From: Fistulifera solaris
Taxonomy: Eukaryota
Reading direction: 5' to 3'
Assembly: GCA_030295235.1 (NCBI GenBank)
Contig: AP026129.1
Span: forward strand, 930,001 to 994,000
Length of the DNA stretch: 64,000 bases
Shown here: piece after piece, positions 48,652 to 61,423 of the stretch
How positions within the stretch are numbered: the stretch's first letter is position 1
Layout of the letters: every line of letters begins with the position of its first letter
Notes under the pieces: generated by a model
Databases searched by the model: none
Told to the model about the DNA's origin: nothing
What the model saw: only the letters and a program-made list of their open reading frames with translations
Position numbers and translations under genes: made by a program

Positions 48652-49366
48652 CGTCTCGTTCGTTTTGATTTCCCTCAGGATCAGAACGGCTTTTCTCGAG
48701 TAGAGTGACAAAGACTTTCACGCTGAAGGCTTCCTATGATATTATTATCCTTTGGTATGTTGAATGAAAGGATGGTCGATTGACCGATCCACGGCGGAAT
48801 TGATGGGTCGACTTAATAACTTTCTTGGAATTTTTTTTGTGCGGTTGGCGGACGGCGATGAGGACGTTTTTTTCTAGATGGCCCAACGCCCAAACCGCAA
48901 TGCTCCGCAATGTGTACTTGTACCTGGCGCAGACAGACGTAGAAGTCGTAGCGTTATAGGTCCAGCAATGACTCAGCCACTGACGTACCCCACGAGTGTA
49001 TAAAATAAAGAGTAGCATGCTTATCTTTCCGGTACTAACTATCTTGTCTTCGTACGTACGTCGATCACTTGAACCACAATGAAATTGAGACAGGTACCGG
49101 GTACCGGTACCAGGTAAAGCCACTCTAGTTAGGAGAGTAAAATTTAGTACCGGTCCCACATAGCTTCTAGCGATCCCGCGCTTCGCGCTCGAAAACTTTG
49201 GATACGCACGTCCAACGTCAAGTTGGTCGATGCAATTGAATGCTATCCGACCATCGTTGGGAGGAGAACAAAAGCCGAGAAACAATTGCGTTCGAAATCA
49301 CTGAGATCAGTACTTGTAGATCAACAAATAAATCTTTTCCTTTGACACATACAGAATTCAGAGATC

Positions 49367-51320
49367 ATGAAATTTAGTAATGTAGCCGTTCTCATGGCCA
49401 TCGCGCCTTTTGCGTCGGCATTCACCGTCCCACAGTCTGCCAAATTCCAACCAAGCGTTGCGAGACAAACGGACATGCGCATGTCGTTGGCTGATTTGGA
49501 AGCCAAGTTACTCACTGAGGAACCAGAGAAGAAAAAAGGCTGTCAAGGTTGAAAAACCAAAGCCTGCTCCTAAGCCCAAGGTTGAGAAGCCAAAACCAGT
49601 CAAGGCAGAAAAGCCAAAACCAGAACCCAAGCCCGAAAAACCCAAACCAGAGCCCAAAGCTAAGAAGCCGAAACCAGAGCCAAAGGCCAAGCCAGTGCCT
49701 AAGCCTGAAACACCAAAGGTTGCCGTGCCGGAGGTAAAAATTCCCGAAATCCCTTTGCTTCCAAAGAGGGCTGCGAAACCGGCACCGAAACCGGCCCCCG
49801 CGCCCAAGCCGGTTGTGGCAGCGTCCTCGTCGGATGCTTCTCCTTTGACCGGTGTAGCTCTGGGTGCTGCACCTTTGGCCTTGGCCGGTCTTGGAGCACT
49901 GGCAGCGGCTCGTGGTGCACTATCGGATACGTTGGCGCGTCGTGAACAAATTCAAAAGGAAATTGCTGCCGCCGAAGCCGCCAAGGCCAAGAAGAAAGCC
50001 GAAGCGGAAGTTGACTTTGGTGGAGTTGTGACCGCAGCGGTAGGTATCGGGATATCTCTCATTTGTGTGTGGTTGAGAAAAGTATTCTGACACCTTGGCA
50101 CTTTACAGGGTCTTCTTGGAGCTGGTACACTTTCTTTGGGTCTCATCTTATCGGGAGTGACGGGCAGTGGACAGGAATTTAGCCTTCCATCACTGCCGAC
50201 TCCTGCCCCAAAGACTCAGTCTGCCCCTGTTGCCAAGAAGGTGAGTGAGCCCAAAGCACCCTCGGCTATTGATATTAAGAGAGCTGAGCTCGATGCCGCC
50301 CGCAAAGCCCGCTACGATGCTAAGCGTGCCGAGCAAGAGGCCAAGCTTGCCGCCAACAAGGCCGAGAAAGCTGCCAAGAAGAAGACACAGGAATTACAAG
50401 AAACGGATCCTTTTGGTAAGTTACCCGTCTGGTCTGGTGTCCCATTGCAACGATCGTTTTCTAACCTACGCCGTCGTTCTAGCTGCCCTTTTGGAAAAGA
50501 CACAATTGGATGCTACTACCGCTTCTACTGCTGAAAAGAACGCCGCCACAGCCGAAAAGGCCGTTGAAGCTGCAGCCAAGAAGGCCGAAAAGGATGCTGC
50601 CATCGCGAAAGAGAAAGCCGCCAAGGTGAGTTTGACGTGTCGCGTACTATCTTGACTATTCCTCTTGCACACCACTAACACTCTTTGTGAAGGCCGCCGC
50701 TGAAATGGAAATTGCTCTCAAAAGGAAATGCAGGCAGCTAAGTCAAAGGATGAAAAGGCTGTTGCAGCTGCACAAAAGGAAATCGAAAAGGCGACGGTTG
50801 CTAAAGATGAAGCCATCGAAGCTGCTGAAAAGGCCAAGGCCGACAAAGCTGCTGAAGCCAAGGCTGCTGCTGAAGGTAAGGATTTTTTGTATGGGTAATA
50901 GTATTGACAAGGAATCGGTATCTCAACTGTTTTGTACAGCTGCCAGAGCTGAAAAGGCGGCCAAGGAAGCTGAGAAGAAACTTGCCGCAGATAAGGCTGC
51001 TGCAGAAAAATGGCCGCTGAAAAGTCGGCAGCTGAAAAGAAGGCCGCTGAAGGTACGTGAAACCGTTGTTGGCTATTGCAAAAGCAATTTATCTACTTGA
51101 TACCTCACTTTTCCATCGTTTAGCCAAAGCTGCTGAGGCAGTCGCTGCCGAAAAAGCCGCCGCTGATGCCAAGGCTAAGGCTGCCGTTGCCACAGCCAAG
51201 GCTGAGACCCCCGCTGCCGCTCCTGCTGAAGTGGCATCTTCAGCTGCAGGTGGGCGAGTTTTGCCGAAGGAAGAAGTTAGTGCCGAGACTCTTGCTCTTA
51301 TCAAATCACTCAAGAAGTAA
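49367..51320 (+). CDS. Plastid-targeted low-complexity membrane protein (KPE/PK-rich, two hydrophobic segments, AEK-rich coiled coil)
   Basis: ASAFTVP leader; multiple GT-AG introns (about 50040-50108, 50416-50481, 50625-50692, 50876-50939, 51053-51123); homopolymer shifts. Confidence 0.75.
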
Positions 51321-51840
51321 ATTTTCTTACTTTTACAATGGCTGCAGATTAACAAGCGCACGATTTGACGTAACAGCTAGTATGACTAATTCACATATTA
51401 TTGGATCCTTCATCATTTTGCAAGCAGTCATCTTTTTCTATTCGTAGCCGCCATAGACAATTTTTCCCCAATTCTGACTGAACTAGAATCCAGTCCCTTG
51501 CCCATTATTTGTGCTATTACTCGGTTATAATGAGTTTCTGCTACGTACACGACTCAAAACTAGAAGCAGTCCCAAAAATATGACGGCATGTTGACGTTGA
51601 TGCATGAATTCCGTCGTTGTTCACGAAAAGCCCAACACATAAAGTATCAACTGTAAATGAACTTACGCTAAACAACCCTTCACTTCCGGATGGTTTGATT
51701 TTGATTGCGATTAAAAGTTTGACCGCTTTGTACATCGCCATCGTCAAAGATTTCGCATTGTTGCATTAACTGAAATCTCACAAAAGCGTTTTTCTTTTGA
51801 GATTGCACGTGTCCAAACCGCAACCATTCGGACCAACAAA

Positions 51841-52851
51841 ATGGTCGTTTTAGGGTTTCTTTATATCGCGACCTTGTCATCGACTGGCCAAGCCTTTTTG
51901 GTACCAAGGATACCCACTCATAGCGTACCGACTTCTCTTTTCGTTCGACCGGAAGACTTTGCCGCCGGGCGGATACAGCCGGCGGTACCACTGCGTGGAA
52001 CGCCGGAAGTAGAAGAGATGCGGAGACAAACCGAGCTACGCCAAGCGGAAGCCAAGGCCCTAGAACAACAAATAGTCAATCGACGCAAGGCGGAACGTAG
52101 AGATGCGGAGGAAGATTTTTTCGAAAGAAAGTACGCCGAACAATATCAAAGAACACGGGAAGCGGCCAATCGAGAGGCACTCGAAGGACAACGGAAGCTT
52201 GAAATAGAGCAGGTATTGCTACAGGAAGAGCGCCAGCAACAGTTGCAACAAGATGCAATATTGGAAAAGGCTTTATTAGAACAACAGGATGTAGCACGGA
52301 AACAACAATTGCTTCTCAACGATTTGGAAGCAGTACGGAAAAGGAGAGAAGAATACAGACGGGAGAATGAATATCTTGGTGAAGAGAAAGAGGACACATT
52401 ACAATCTCAACGAACAAAATTAAAGGAAGGTGAGACCAAGTTGTCTTCGTCAACCTCCTTTGTACGTAGTCCGGTCGCCAAATCAAATCTTCCTCTATTC
52501 TCCTTACCGGCCACTGCCATCTTGGGAGGACTTTTCGCGCTGCGGAGTAGAGATCAGACACAGAAAGAAGTAGAGAAGCTATTGCAAAGAAACTTGGTAC
52601 AGCGAAGCAATCAAAAATTCGGCAAGTCGAAGAATCAAAAGGAAACCGAAAAGGCCTTTGAGGCCACTTTGTTGCGAAGAAAAAGGAGATTACTGATTAT
52701 GGAAACTTAGCCGTGGTACGCCTATTTGCCAATTGTAGTGGAGGCCATTTTTGCGACACTAACATGTTATGTCTTTTGACAGGCGTTGTTTGCAAGCTCG
52801 ATTTTCGCCGAGCTGGGCATCGTTGTTTTAAAAGGAAGCGCGGCAATGTAA
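51841..52851 (+). CDS. Plastid-targeted coiled-coil membrane protein
   Basis: GQAFLVP leader, FVRPEDFAAG motif, E/R/Q-rich coil and hydrophobic segments. Probable last exon after an intron at about 52717-52782. Confidence 0.65.
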
Positions 52852-53262
52852 ATACGGTAATTCCTCACACAGGAATAGAGGCTTTTGTGGAACAAGTTTT
52901 GGTTTCTTTTTGGAGTTGACTCGATGATTATTGTATGTTTAGGCTAGGGGAGGCTAGGTGCGACGTGTGGGTGAGACCGTCAAACTTCAACCGTTATCAT
53001 CGGTAGGTCGCTTCGGTTTTAAAAGACCCTATGATTGTGCCCCGTTTTCGTCATTCGTCATGTTTTTTCCTTCCCCCGCAACAAAACATCCACGACGATA
53101 AAACCATGGACATGACATTCAAGTAGTCTGCCAGGTATTACTCCGTAGTACAATACTATGAACGACAGTTTCTTCTTTCGAAGTGAGGAATAAGATTAGA
53201 GAAAGTTTATCTTAGACGCTAAGCACACTTGTTTCGGCCGAGTGCTTTAAGCTGCGACAAAG

Positions 53263-54599
53263 ATGCGTGTCATTTCATTCGGCTCCCAAATTTGTCTTTG
53301 TTTCTCGTTCGTCCAACAAGCCTCTATCCGGAGACACGGGATGGCGATCTTTGTTCAACCGGAAGATTTCTCGGCTGGGACGATTCGAGAAGCACTTCCC
53401 TATCGTGTTCCACAGGGCGAGACGAGTACCGAAGGCAAGAAGATTAGTGAGAATGCGTCATTTCTTAAACCCTCTTCTCCTCTAGGTGTACAGCCGATTG
53501 AGCCAAAATTTATGGCTTCTGCACCTCTTCCATCCGAAATTGAAGCAGAAAGAAAAAAGAAAAGCACGCGGAGGCATTGAAAAGGAGCTAGAAGCCATGG
53601 AGAAGCGAATCGTACAAAGAAAAGAAGATGCTTTGCGAGAAGCTCGACAAAAGAGGGCAATTATGTTTCAGGAAGAAGCAGCTCTCGCGGAAGCTGAGAA
53701 AAAACGTGCGACAGCCGACAAAGAGGCTGAAGTGAAACGTCTGGTGGCGGAGAAATTGGATTCTGTCAAAAATGAAGAGGAGGCCCAAAGAGCGGAAGCA
53801 GCGAGCCTTCAAGCCGACGCCGAAAAAGAAATCGCCGCATCAAGAGCTCAAAAAGCGGAAGAGGAAGCATATGAAGCGCAACGTCGTTCAGAGAAAGCTC
53901 AACAAGAAGTAGAAGAGTTTCGACGGAAAGCAGAAAAAGATTTAGAAGAAGCACGTCGGCAAGCTCAAGAATACGCCGACCAGGCGAGATTGGAACGAGA
54001 GCAGAAAGTAGCAGAGATACAGCTAGAGGCTGAGACGAAACTTGAGGCGGCAAAGCTAGAAAAACGAGAACATAGATTCGTTCATAAATTCAAAAGAAGA
54101 GCTAGCTGTTGAGGAACAAGGCAACCCATTAGAAGCTTCAGACGAGAATTTCATCGAACAAACAGAGCTTGTAAACTCGTCGGACCCGGTCGAAGAGACT
54201 CTAAGTCTTGCGATAGAGAAGATGGACCAATTCGACTCGCCTCTGCTTCCGCTTGAAACCATTGAATCTACTGAACCATTCACATCACCTGTATCAGTCT
54301 CCACCGTACGAATTGCTACCTCCGGTCTTGGTTTTGCGGCACTACCATTTGCCGCATTCGTTGGCGGTACGGTAGCATTCCGCAACCATCGAATCAAGAA
54401 ACAATTGGAAAGACATGTAACACTACGGGAGTTTTCTAAAGAATATATAGAGGAACTGGCAGAGGAAGAATCAAATCGTTTGCAGGTGAGTGCTGTTGAG
54501 AATTGTGATGAGAATACAAACTATTTCTAATTTTCTGTCAAGTTTTTCTTTTGGGCGAGTATCACTACTGCTTTCGGTATGGCAACTCTGCAACTGTGA
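53263..54599 (+). CDS. Tandem paralogue of the preceding coiled-coil membrane protein
   Basis: FVQPEDFSAG motif, A/E/K coil and TM GLGFAALPFAAFVGG. Frameshifts, with an intron near 54486-54542. Confidence 0.6.
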
Positions 54600-54718
54600 T
54601 GTAGAAGGGACACTTTTCGCTAGCACTGGTTCATTCCCACGAGACGGAGATCGCAGCTACACAGCGCATGGAACTAAACTAATAAGGCAAATAATAATAA
54701 TAACACGGTATTCCTCCT

Positions 54719-55591
54719 TCAGAATTCTTCAATTTCCATGGGCTGCAAACCACTCTTCTTCTTGGCTTTAATCTTGGCGGATATTTGTGCCGGAATACGT
54801 GTCGCTTTTTCCAATCGCCGCCTTCGGGTTCGCGTGGTTTCTCGATACCCATCCCAAACCGCAAAGCCGATCCCACCCACCATGGCCAAAACCACGATCA
54901 AACAAATCCACGCCACTGTGATAAAGAAGTTGGGACTGTTGCTGGATTCCTCCAGTGTCCCCGCTGTCTCTTTATTTTGTTCGCCGTAATGAAATTTCGC
55001 TTTCAATGCGTCACTTTCCGGATACTCACAGTGCAAGCCACTCCACCCTATGGGACATTCGCAACCCGGATGGCGTTTGACTTCCTCCGCATCCGTCGAT
55101 TTACAGCGACCCCCATTCATACAGTACGCTCCTCCCGCTTGTCCTAAGGATTGTTGAATTTCGAGACTCTTCTCTTCATCGTTGGGCAAACAAAAGACGG
55201 TAGACATGCGCTTACACGTGCGGCGCGCGTACGCCGACGCATAATCCGTGGTTTCCGTATTACAGCCACAGTGATAATACGCATCCCCATCGTACCCAAT
55301 GTCCCGCACACACTTGGCACCGTTCGCGCAAGTTGTGGTATTCCCCGGCCCCGGACATTCCGTAAATTGGACTTCACATTCCGGACCGGCGTGATAGAGA
55401 GGACAGTGGCAATAAAATTTCCGTGCCGGTGCGTATTCGTGCACGTCCGAAAAGTCTCCTCCCGTATGAATTTCCGTCATGGTTTCCTTACAGACGCCGC
55501 CGTTTTGACAGAACAACGTGCACGTTTCCTTGCCCCAAGCGGCAGCGAGGTGGGGCAGGAGGGACAGGGCGAGCACGAAGAGTCGTAACAT
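54719..55591 (-). CDS. Type I membrane protein with EGF-like repeats
   Basis: Signal peptide; CQNGGVC..CHCP..GPECE, CANGAKC and CMNGGRC..CECPIGWSGLHCE; TM and basic tail. Confidence 0.88.
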   Translation of the reverse strand: MLRLFVLALSLLPHLAAAWGKETCTLFCQNGGVCKETMTEIHTGGDFSDVHEYAPARKFYCHCPLYHAGPECEVQFTECPGPGNTTTCANGAKCVRDIGYDGDAYYHCGCNTETTDYASAYARRTCKRMSTVFCLPNDEEKSLEIQQSLGQAGGAYCMNGGRCKSTDAEEVKRHPGCECPIGWSGLHCEYPESDALKAKFHYGEQNKETAGTLEESSNSPNFFITVAWICLIVVLAMVGGIGFAVWDGYRETTRTRRRRLEKATRIPAQISAKIKAKKKSGLQPMEIEEF

Positions 55592-56276
55592 GATGTTGTG
55601 ACTTTTGGGGTGGGTCTATTGAAGAAAGAGGATGTAATACAAAATAGAATATGAATGATGGAAGGTATAAATAATAATTAGGAATGTTTCTGGTTGATAA
55701 AGATCGGATGCTTGTAATAACGCAACAGAGGAATAATTATGACTTTTGATAATAATACTTACCATGTTGTCGTGGTCACTACCGTACAAGGTACTGTTAC
55801 AAGAACAACCAAGATCCATTTTGGTGGGGAACAAGTGCCAAGACTTTTGGCCGAAATAGACTGTCAAAATAGTGATTCAATGTCGAGGGAAGTGTAGTAT
55901 CCATGTCTCGCGACTAAATTTCAGTCGTGGCGCTTTGCTGCTTACACTTATAGCTATAGTCAATGACAATGTTGCTATATCCTTAACCATATACTTGTAC
56001 CAGGTACATCCTACTGCGGTATTCGGTAACGCTACCGGCGGCCCATTTCGTCGACGCAACAACTAACGACGATGATGAGGATGATGAGGATGATCATAAG
56101 ACAAACAAGGAGTTGCTCCGTAGCGGTACCAGTATTCTGTATTTCTTCTGCTTCTTCTCTAGACTCTAGATACGAAGACAACCAGTGACAAGGTAGCGTA
56201 CAGAAGCAACTACGGCGCTGCGATGAGAACATCCGATCGATGAAGCTCGCTTTTACACACCATCCGGAGAGAACGA

Positions 56277-57530
56277 ATGATGTGTCGTTCGAACCACAGC
56301 GTCGCTTGTCTCGTTTTGTGGCTGACTTTAGCCCTTTCTCAAAAAGATAAATCGTTTGCATCCGAAAAGAACACTTTGTGGGAATCATTATCGGACGAAG
56401 GCATCATTTTCTTTTCCGACGATGACGACCATGAACGAATCATAGCCGCCTTGGCCTCGGATGGGAGTTCATCCACGAGCGAAGAATCTACCAAATCCAT
56501 CGAGCGTCGTCGCAAACGTACTATTGATCTTAGAGATGAGTTAAAACTAGCGAGATCGAAAAAGAAACGACAAGGTGCACAAAACACAACGACGACTCGA
56601 GTTCCGCAAGTAAAAAAGGAACCTATCTACGCTTACCTTCCACTTTCGGAAAAATATCGGGTAAAACATGCGACAACTGACATTGTACACAAGTATCCCG
56701 AGTTTCAACCCGTACCCGAAGCCGCACTTAGTACCCAGCCAGCTGTCGGTGAGGACGAGGAGTCCTTCTACACACAAGTCAGTCCATGGGTGCGCGACTT
56801 TCTTTTGCGACATTCGTGCGATCATCTGCTACCGGTGCCACGTGATTTTTGTGTCGATAATTTCAATCTCATATACTTGGCATCCGCCATTGAACGGATC
56901 GGTGTACAGAGTTTGTCTCCGGACGAATCGATACCGGCCTCTTCCAAACCGTATCCGATCTACCGCGCGGCGCTGCGCTTGATCGTACAAGACGAACCAT
57001 TACCAGAACACGTACCGGTCTATCTCCAAACTGCGGCCACGGCCTTGTTTTTGCTCATTCATCAGCGGTACGCAGTGTCGCCCCGTGGATTGGATCTGTT
57101 GCGACGTCGCTTCCAGCGGGGATCGACGGTCGTTCCGGTCTTTGGTCGGTGTCCACGGATTGCCTGTTCGGGTATGCCCCTGCTTCCGTACGCCGACTCG
57201 GATAATCTCAATCCAATGGAATACATGCCCACAGAAAACAAAGTAGCGGTGGAAATTCCTTCCATGCTTGTCTCCCTGACGCAACGAAGATCGAAACGCT
57301 TTTGCGCTTTGTGTGGTGAAAGCTTTTATCATTGGGAGTCGGGAATCGATGGTTGTGCTTGGGGTACATCGTGCTGTCATTTATTTTGGATGGTGTATGG
57401 AAAGGAAGTGTTTAGAGAATGGCTAAAGTGGAAACCGTCCCGCCATTCTCCGATCGAGGGACGCATTTTTGGCTTTCGTCTTCATCCCATTGCGCATCTT
57501 ACCAGTACGAATCATCATTGGAATACGTGA
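56277..57530 (+). CDS. Casein kinase II regulatory (beta) subunit-like protein with N-terminal extension
   Basis: WV..F..VPRDFCVDNFNL, LIHQRY..SPRGL, FGRCPRIAC..PLLP, FCALC and IDGCAWGTS. Confidence 0.85.
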   Translation: MMCRSNHSVACLVLWLTLALSQKDKSFASEKNTLWESLSDEGIIFFSDDDDHERIIAALASDGSSSTSEESTKSIERRRKRTIDLRDELKLARSKKKRQGAQNTTTTRVPQVKKEPIYAYLPLSEKYRVKHATTDIVHKYPEFQPVPEAALSTQPAVGEDEESFYTQVSPWVRDFLLRHSCDHLLPVPRDFCVDNFNLIYLASAIERIGVQSLSPDESIPASSKPYPIYRAALRLIVQDEPLPEHVPVYLQTAATALFLLIHQRYAVSPRGLDLLRRRFQRGSTVVPVFGRCPRIACSGMPLLPYADSDNLNPMEYMPTENKVAVEIPSMLVSLTQRRSKRFCALCGESFYHWESGIDGCAWGTSCCHLFWMVYGKEVFREWLKWKPSRHSPIEGRIFGFRLHPIAHLTSTNHHWNT

Positions 57531-57625
57531 ATGCTATTCATTCCTAATTCTTTTTTAGATTTTTTCTTTGCACTGTAAACTTTATTTCTCTATTTCTAAA
57601 GTAATGACACCTGTCAATAGAACTT

Positions 57626-59008
57626 TTAATCGAGTCGCGTGGATCCCATTTTGCGCAAATCGCGGGACATGTTCTTGCGATGACTTTCGTTCGTACCACC
57701 CCCGATTTCCATGAGCTTGGCATCCCTCCACAATCGTTCTACGTTATATTCACCTGTATAACCATTTCCACCCATGACTTGAATGGCGCGATCGGCGACG
57801 GTCTTGGCCATTGGGGCACAAAAGAGTTTGGTGCCGTCCGCATCGAGACCATTGCCGTGCGTTGACAAATCCAAGGCATTTGCCACCGCGTACACGTAGG
57901 AACGTCCCGCCATGTATTCGGCGTAACTTTCGGCCACCATGCGTTGAATTTGACCAAATGCGAACAAGTTTTTGGCACCAAACGCCGTTCGTTCGAGTGC
58001 GTACGCTTTCATTTCGTCGATACAACGACGCGCGATACCGACACTCATGGCGGCCAATCCGAGTCGTTCAATTTCCAAATTGCGCATCATACACAAGGTA
58101 GCACCATGGACTTTTCCAACAATGTTTTCGTTCGGTATAGGGACTTGATCAAATATTAATTCCGCAGTCATGGACGCCCGCATTCCCAATTTGTTGTTGA
58201 TTTTTTGTCCCAATCGAAATCCTTCCATGCCTTTTTCTACAATAAATTGTGTCAAATCTGTTTTCCCTGGACCCGTCCTCGCGTACACCAAGAACAGATC
58301 TCCCGTGTCTTGACCGTTGAGAGTGCCATTGGTGATCCACAGTTTCGTGCCGGTCAAACGCCAATGATGCTCTCCATCGGGTACGGCTTTCGTTTGCATT
58401 CCCAAAACATCGGTTCCGGCCTGCGGTTCACTCATACACATGCCTCCAATGTGACGGCCATCACAGGCGGGTGGTAAAAATCGCGCTTTTTGTTCCGGTG
58501 ACGCATTGACAGACAAATTGTTGACGAACAAGAGGGAATGCGCCAAATACGAGAGACAGAACGCCGGATCACTGTAGGACAATTCTTCGTGTACCGCACA
58601 CACCGCCGTCGCCGTGTATTCGGTCCATCCCGTTCCACCATATTCGATTTCGGGAACTGTCAATCCCAACAAACCCAAGTTCGCCAATTTTCGAAACAAG
58701 GAAACATTGAATTGTTCCTGTGCATTGAATGTGCGTGCTTGTGGTTCGACCTAGTAGAGAGAGAGAGAGAGAGATTGTGATGTATGTTTGAGAAAGGGAA
58801 CGATTGCCGACACAGCAACAACAACAACAACAACAACAAGAACAACAACAACGAAATGTACCTCTTGCGCGACAAAGGATCGCAACGTTTCGCGCAATGC
58901 CGCGTGTTCAGACGTCGGATTCCACAATGTCGATAAGGGCGTCGTCGAAAACAATCGCCGTAATACAAGCGGTTTGCTAGTTGGTCGAACGAAACGAGTC
59001 AACAGCAT
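57626..59008 (-). CDS. IVD: Mitochondrial isovaleryl-CoA dehydrogenase (acyl-CoA dehydrogenase family)
   Basis: LSYLAHS, GMCMSEPQAGTDV, GTKLWITNG, KLGMRAS, LEIERL, GGNGY and RLWRDAKLMEIGGGT. Intron at about 58861-58752. Confidence 0.9.
58756..58851. repeat. Intronic microsatellites (AG)n and (ACA)n
   Basis: agagagag run at 58756-58774 and acaacaaca run at 58818-58851. Confidence 0.9.
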
Positions 59009-59554
59009 GGTCCACAAAGGTATATATATATATATATATTATAGAAACAAAAAAATGAATGAATAAGTATACAAGAAGCAAAATTCGAGGGCCTGTCAAG
59101 AGACGGAATGAAACGAAAAAGAAGAAAACAAGAAAACAAGAAGACAAGAAAAGTGTTCTTGTTCGTTTGACGTCGTGTCACGCGAAAAACGAGGTCGGGC
59201 CGGCGCACCCAAATGTCGTCCGGTTCGCATCCGTCTACCAGGTACCGGTACTCTATTCGGACCATCTTGAAGCCATAATATCACTGATAAAGTAGTCTAG
59301 AGACCCCGAACCTCGTCCGTTCGCGATCATTTCGCGATGATGATGTCTGATGTCTCGCCGCTTCTCTAGAGTACGTAATACCTGGTAGCGTACCAGTATC
59401 TGGTAGTGCAACACACACATACACATACACAATGCGAACGAGATGTTATTGCTTCTTTGTTGATCATATAATTCAAAACAAAGCATAAAGCATACCATAC
59501 TCTCATTCAATTATTATTTCACTATTTTAAACCATACACAGCTCTATTATTTCA

Positions 59555-59592
59555 CATCATCATCATCATCATTATCATCATCATTATCATCA
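59555..59592. repeat. (CAT)n microsatellite immediately before an ATG
   Basis: catcatcat..tatcat run ending at the start codon at 59592. Confidence 0.85.
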
Positions 59593-60888
59593 TGACACAA
59601 ATAGAATTCGAAGAGAAACAACCCGACGAAAAGCCCACCGCGCAGGTCGATTTGCCGCTCGAATGGACCCAACTGGGGAAAACCAACACCACGGAACATG
59701 ATGACAAGTTATTACCCATTCGTTATCCGGAAGAAGTGACCGACATTGATAAAGACGATGATGAATTGATGGTGGTAGGAACGGCCGGAATGAAAATTAC
59801 CAATTTAGGACCCGACTTTCATACGCGGCTCAATTCGAATTTGAAACAATTGATTTTGCGATCGCACGTCATTCGCAAAATGGAAGGATTGCAAGGTCTA
59901 CGGCAATTGGAATTACTCGAATTGTACGACAATCAAGTGGAAGCCTTGCAATGTCTCGATGAAGGCGAAGGTGGGGCCCCGGGATGACCTTGCGGACGTT
60001 GGATATGAGTTACAATGTCATTCGGGACATGTCACCCGTCCAAGTGTGTCCAAATCTCGTCGATTTGTGTAAGTCCTGTATGTGTGTGTGCGGCACGTTT
60101 TCCTTCCTTCCTGTCCTGTCCTGTCCTGTCCTTCTCTCACACTTTATACTTCAGACTTGGCCAACAACAAACTCAAAACGATGGCGGGTTTGCAAGGTTT
60201 GCATCATTTACGCAAACTCGACTTGGGAGCCAATCGCATTCGCGTCATGGATGGGGATGAATTATCGGGTCTCGTCAATTTAGAAGAATTGTGGTTGGGG
60301 AAAAACAAAATTGAAAAGATTGAAGGTTTGGAAGCCTTGACAAAATTACGAAAACTTGACGTCCAATCGAATCGATTGACGTGTGTCGAACATTTGCAGG
60401 CGCAGCAAGAGACACTGGAAGAATTGTATTTGGCGCACAATGCGATTGACAATGCCGGTGCCTCTCAACCCACCGGATTGGCACTCACGTTCCCCAATTT
60501 GTCCGTGCTGGATTTAAATCGCAACAAATTGACGTCGACCGATCCGCTAGTGCATTTAAAGTCGTTGGATGAATTGTGGATATCGGGTAATTTGATTGCA
60601 AGTTTCGATGACGTTCAGTCATTGACAGAATTGGACGCATTGTCGACCATTTATTTGGAATACAATGAGTGTCAAAAGGATCCTCTCTATCGCAAAAAGT
60701 TACAAGAATTGATGCCAAATTTGAAACAGATTGATGCCGATTTGATTGGTGGTTTGGCTTCCCACGGACTGCCCTCGGCACCCCGATTGCCCGCCCTGAC
60801 TGAAGAAGAGCGGTTGCAACAGTTACAAGAACAAATTATTGAGAGAGCCCGCGCCGAGACGGAACGGAAAGGAGGTTTGAAAAAGTGA
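59592..60888 (+). CDS. SDS22: Protein phosphatase 1 regulatory subunit 7 (Sds22-like LRR protein)
   Basis: LELLELYDNQV, LDMSYNVI, LDLGANRI, LEELWLGKNKIEKIEGL, LDVQSNRL and the LRR cap IYLEYN..YRKKL..LKQIDA. Intron at about 60069-60153; shift near 59975. Confidence 0.88.
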
Positions 60889-61423
60889 CTTTAATGAAAG
60901 TTTTCTTCTTTATTTATATCTCTGTGTCTTTAGAGGTTATAGCGTGTTATGCTTGTGCCGTTTTTGAACTTGTGTCTCGCGTGTCTTGCTATTTCTAATA
61001 AAGCTGGTTGGAAGAACGAAATGTTCTTTATTTCTCCATCACCATCAACATAAATTACACCGATATTTATCTTTCTTGTCGGAGTGACGAAAAATTTATA
61101 GTCTCTCGAGATTCGAGATGAAGCTGTAATTTCATGACCTGGCAAAGTTTCCGGGACTGAATATTATTTGAGTCGGAGAAAATAGGAGTCTACTCTTTAA
61201 GTATTAGACTATTGGAAAGGAATCCGGAATCACTACGAGCAAGAAGGTGCCAGTTATCGGATCCGTACAGAACGCACCATCGCAGAGCTAGCGCATTATT
61301 ACTGGTATGAACAACAAACGAAGCACCATCGAAGAAACGGAGGTGTATATTCGAATCATTCGACTTTTTACTATCTTCGTTGACCATCCAATTTAATCGT
61401 TATAGCTTTGTAATTGAGGCGCA

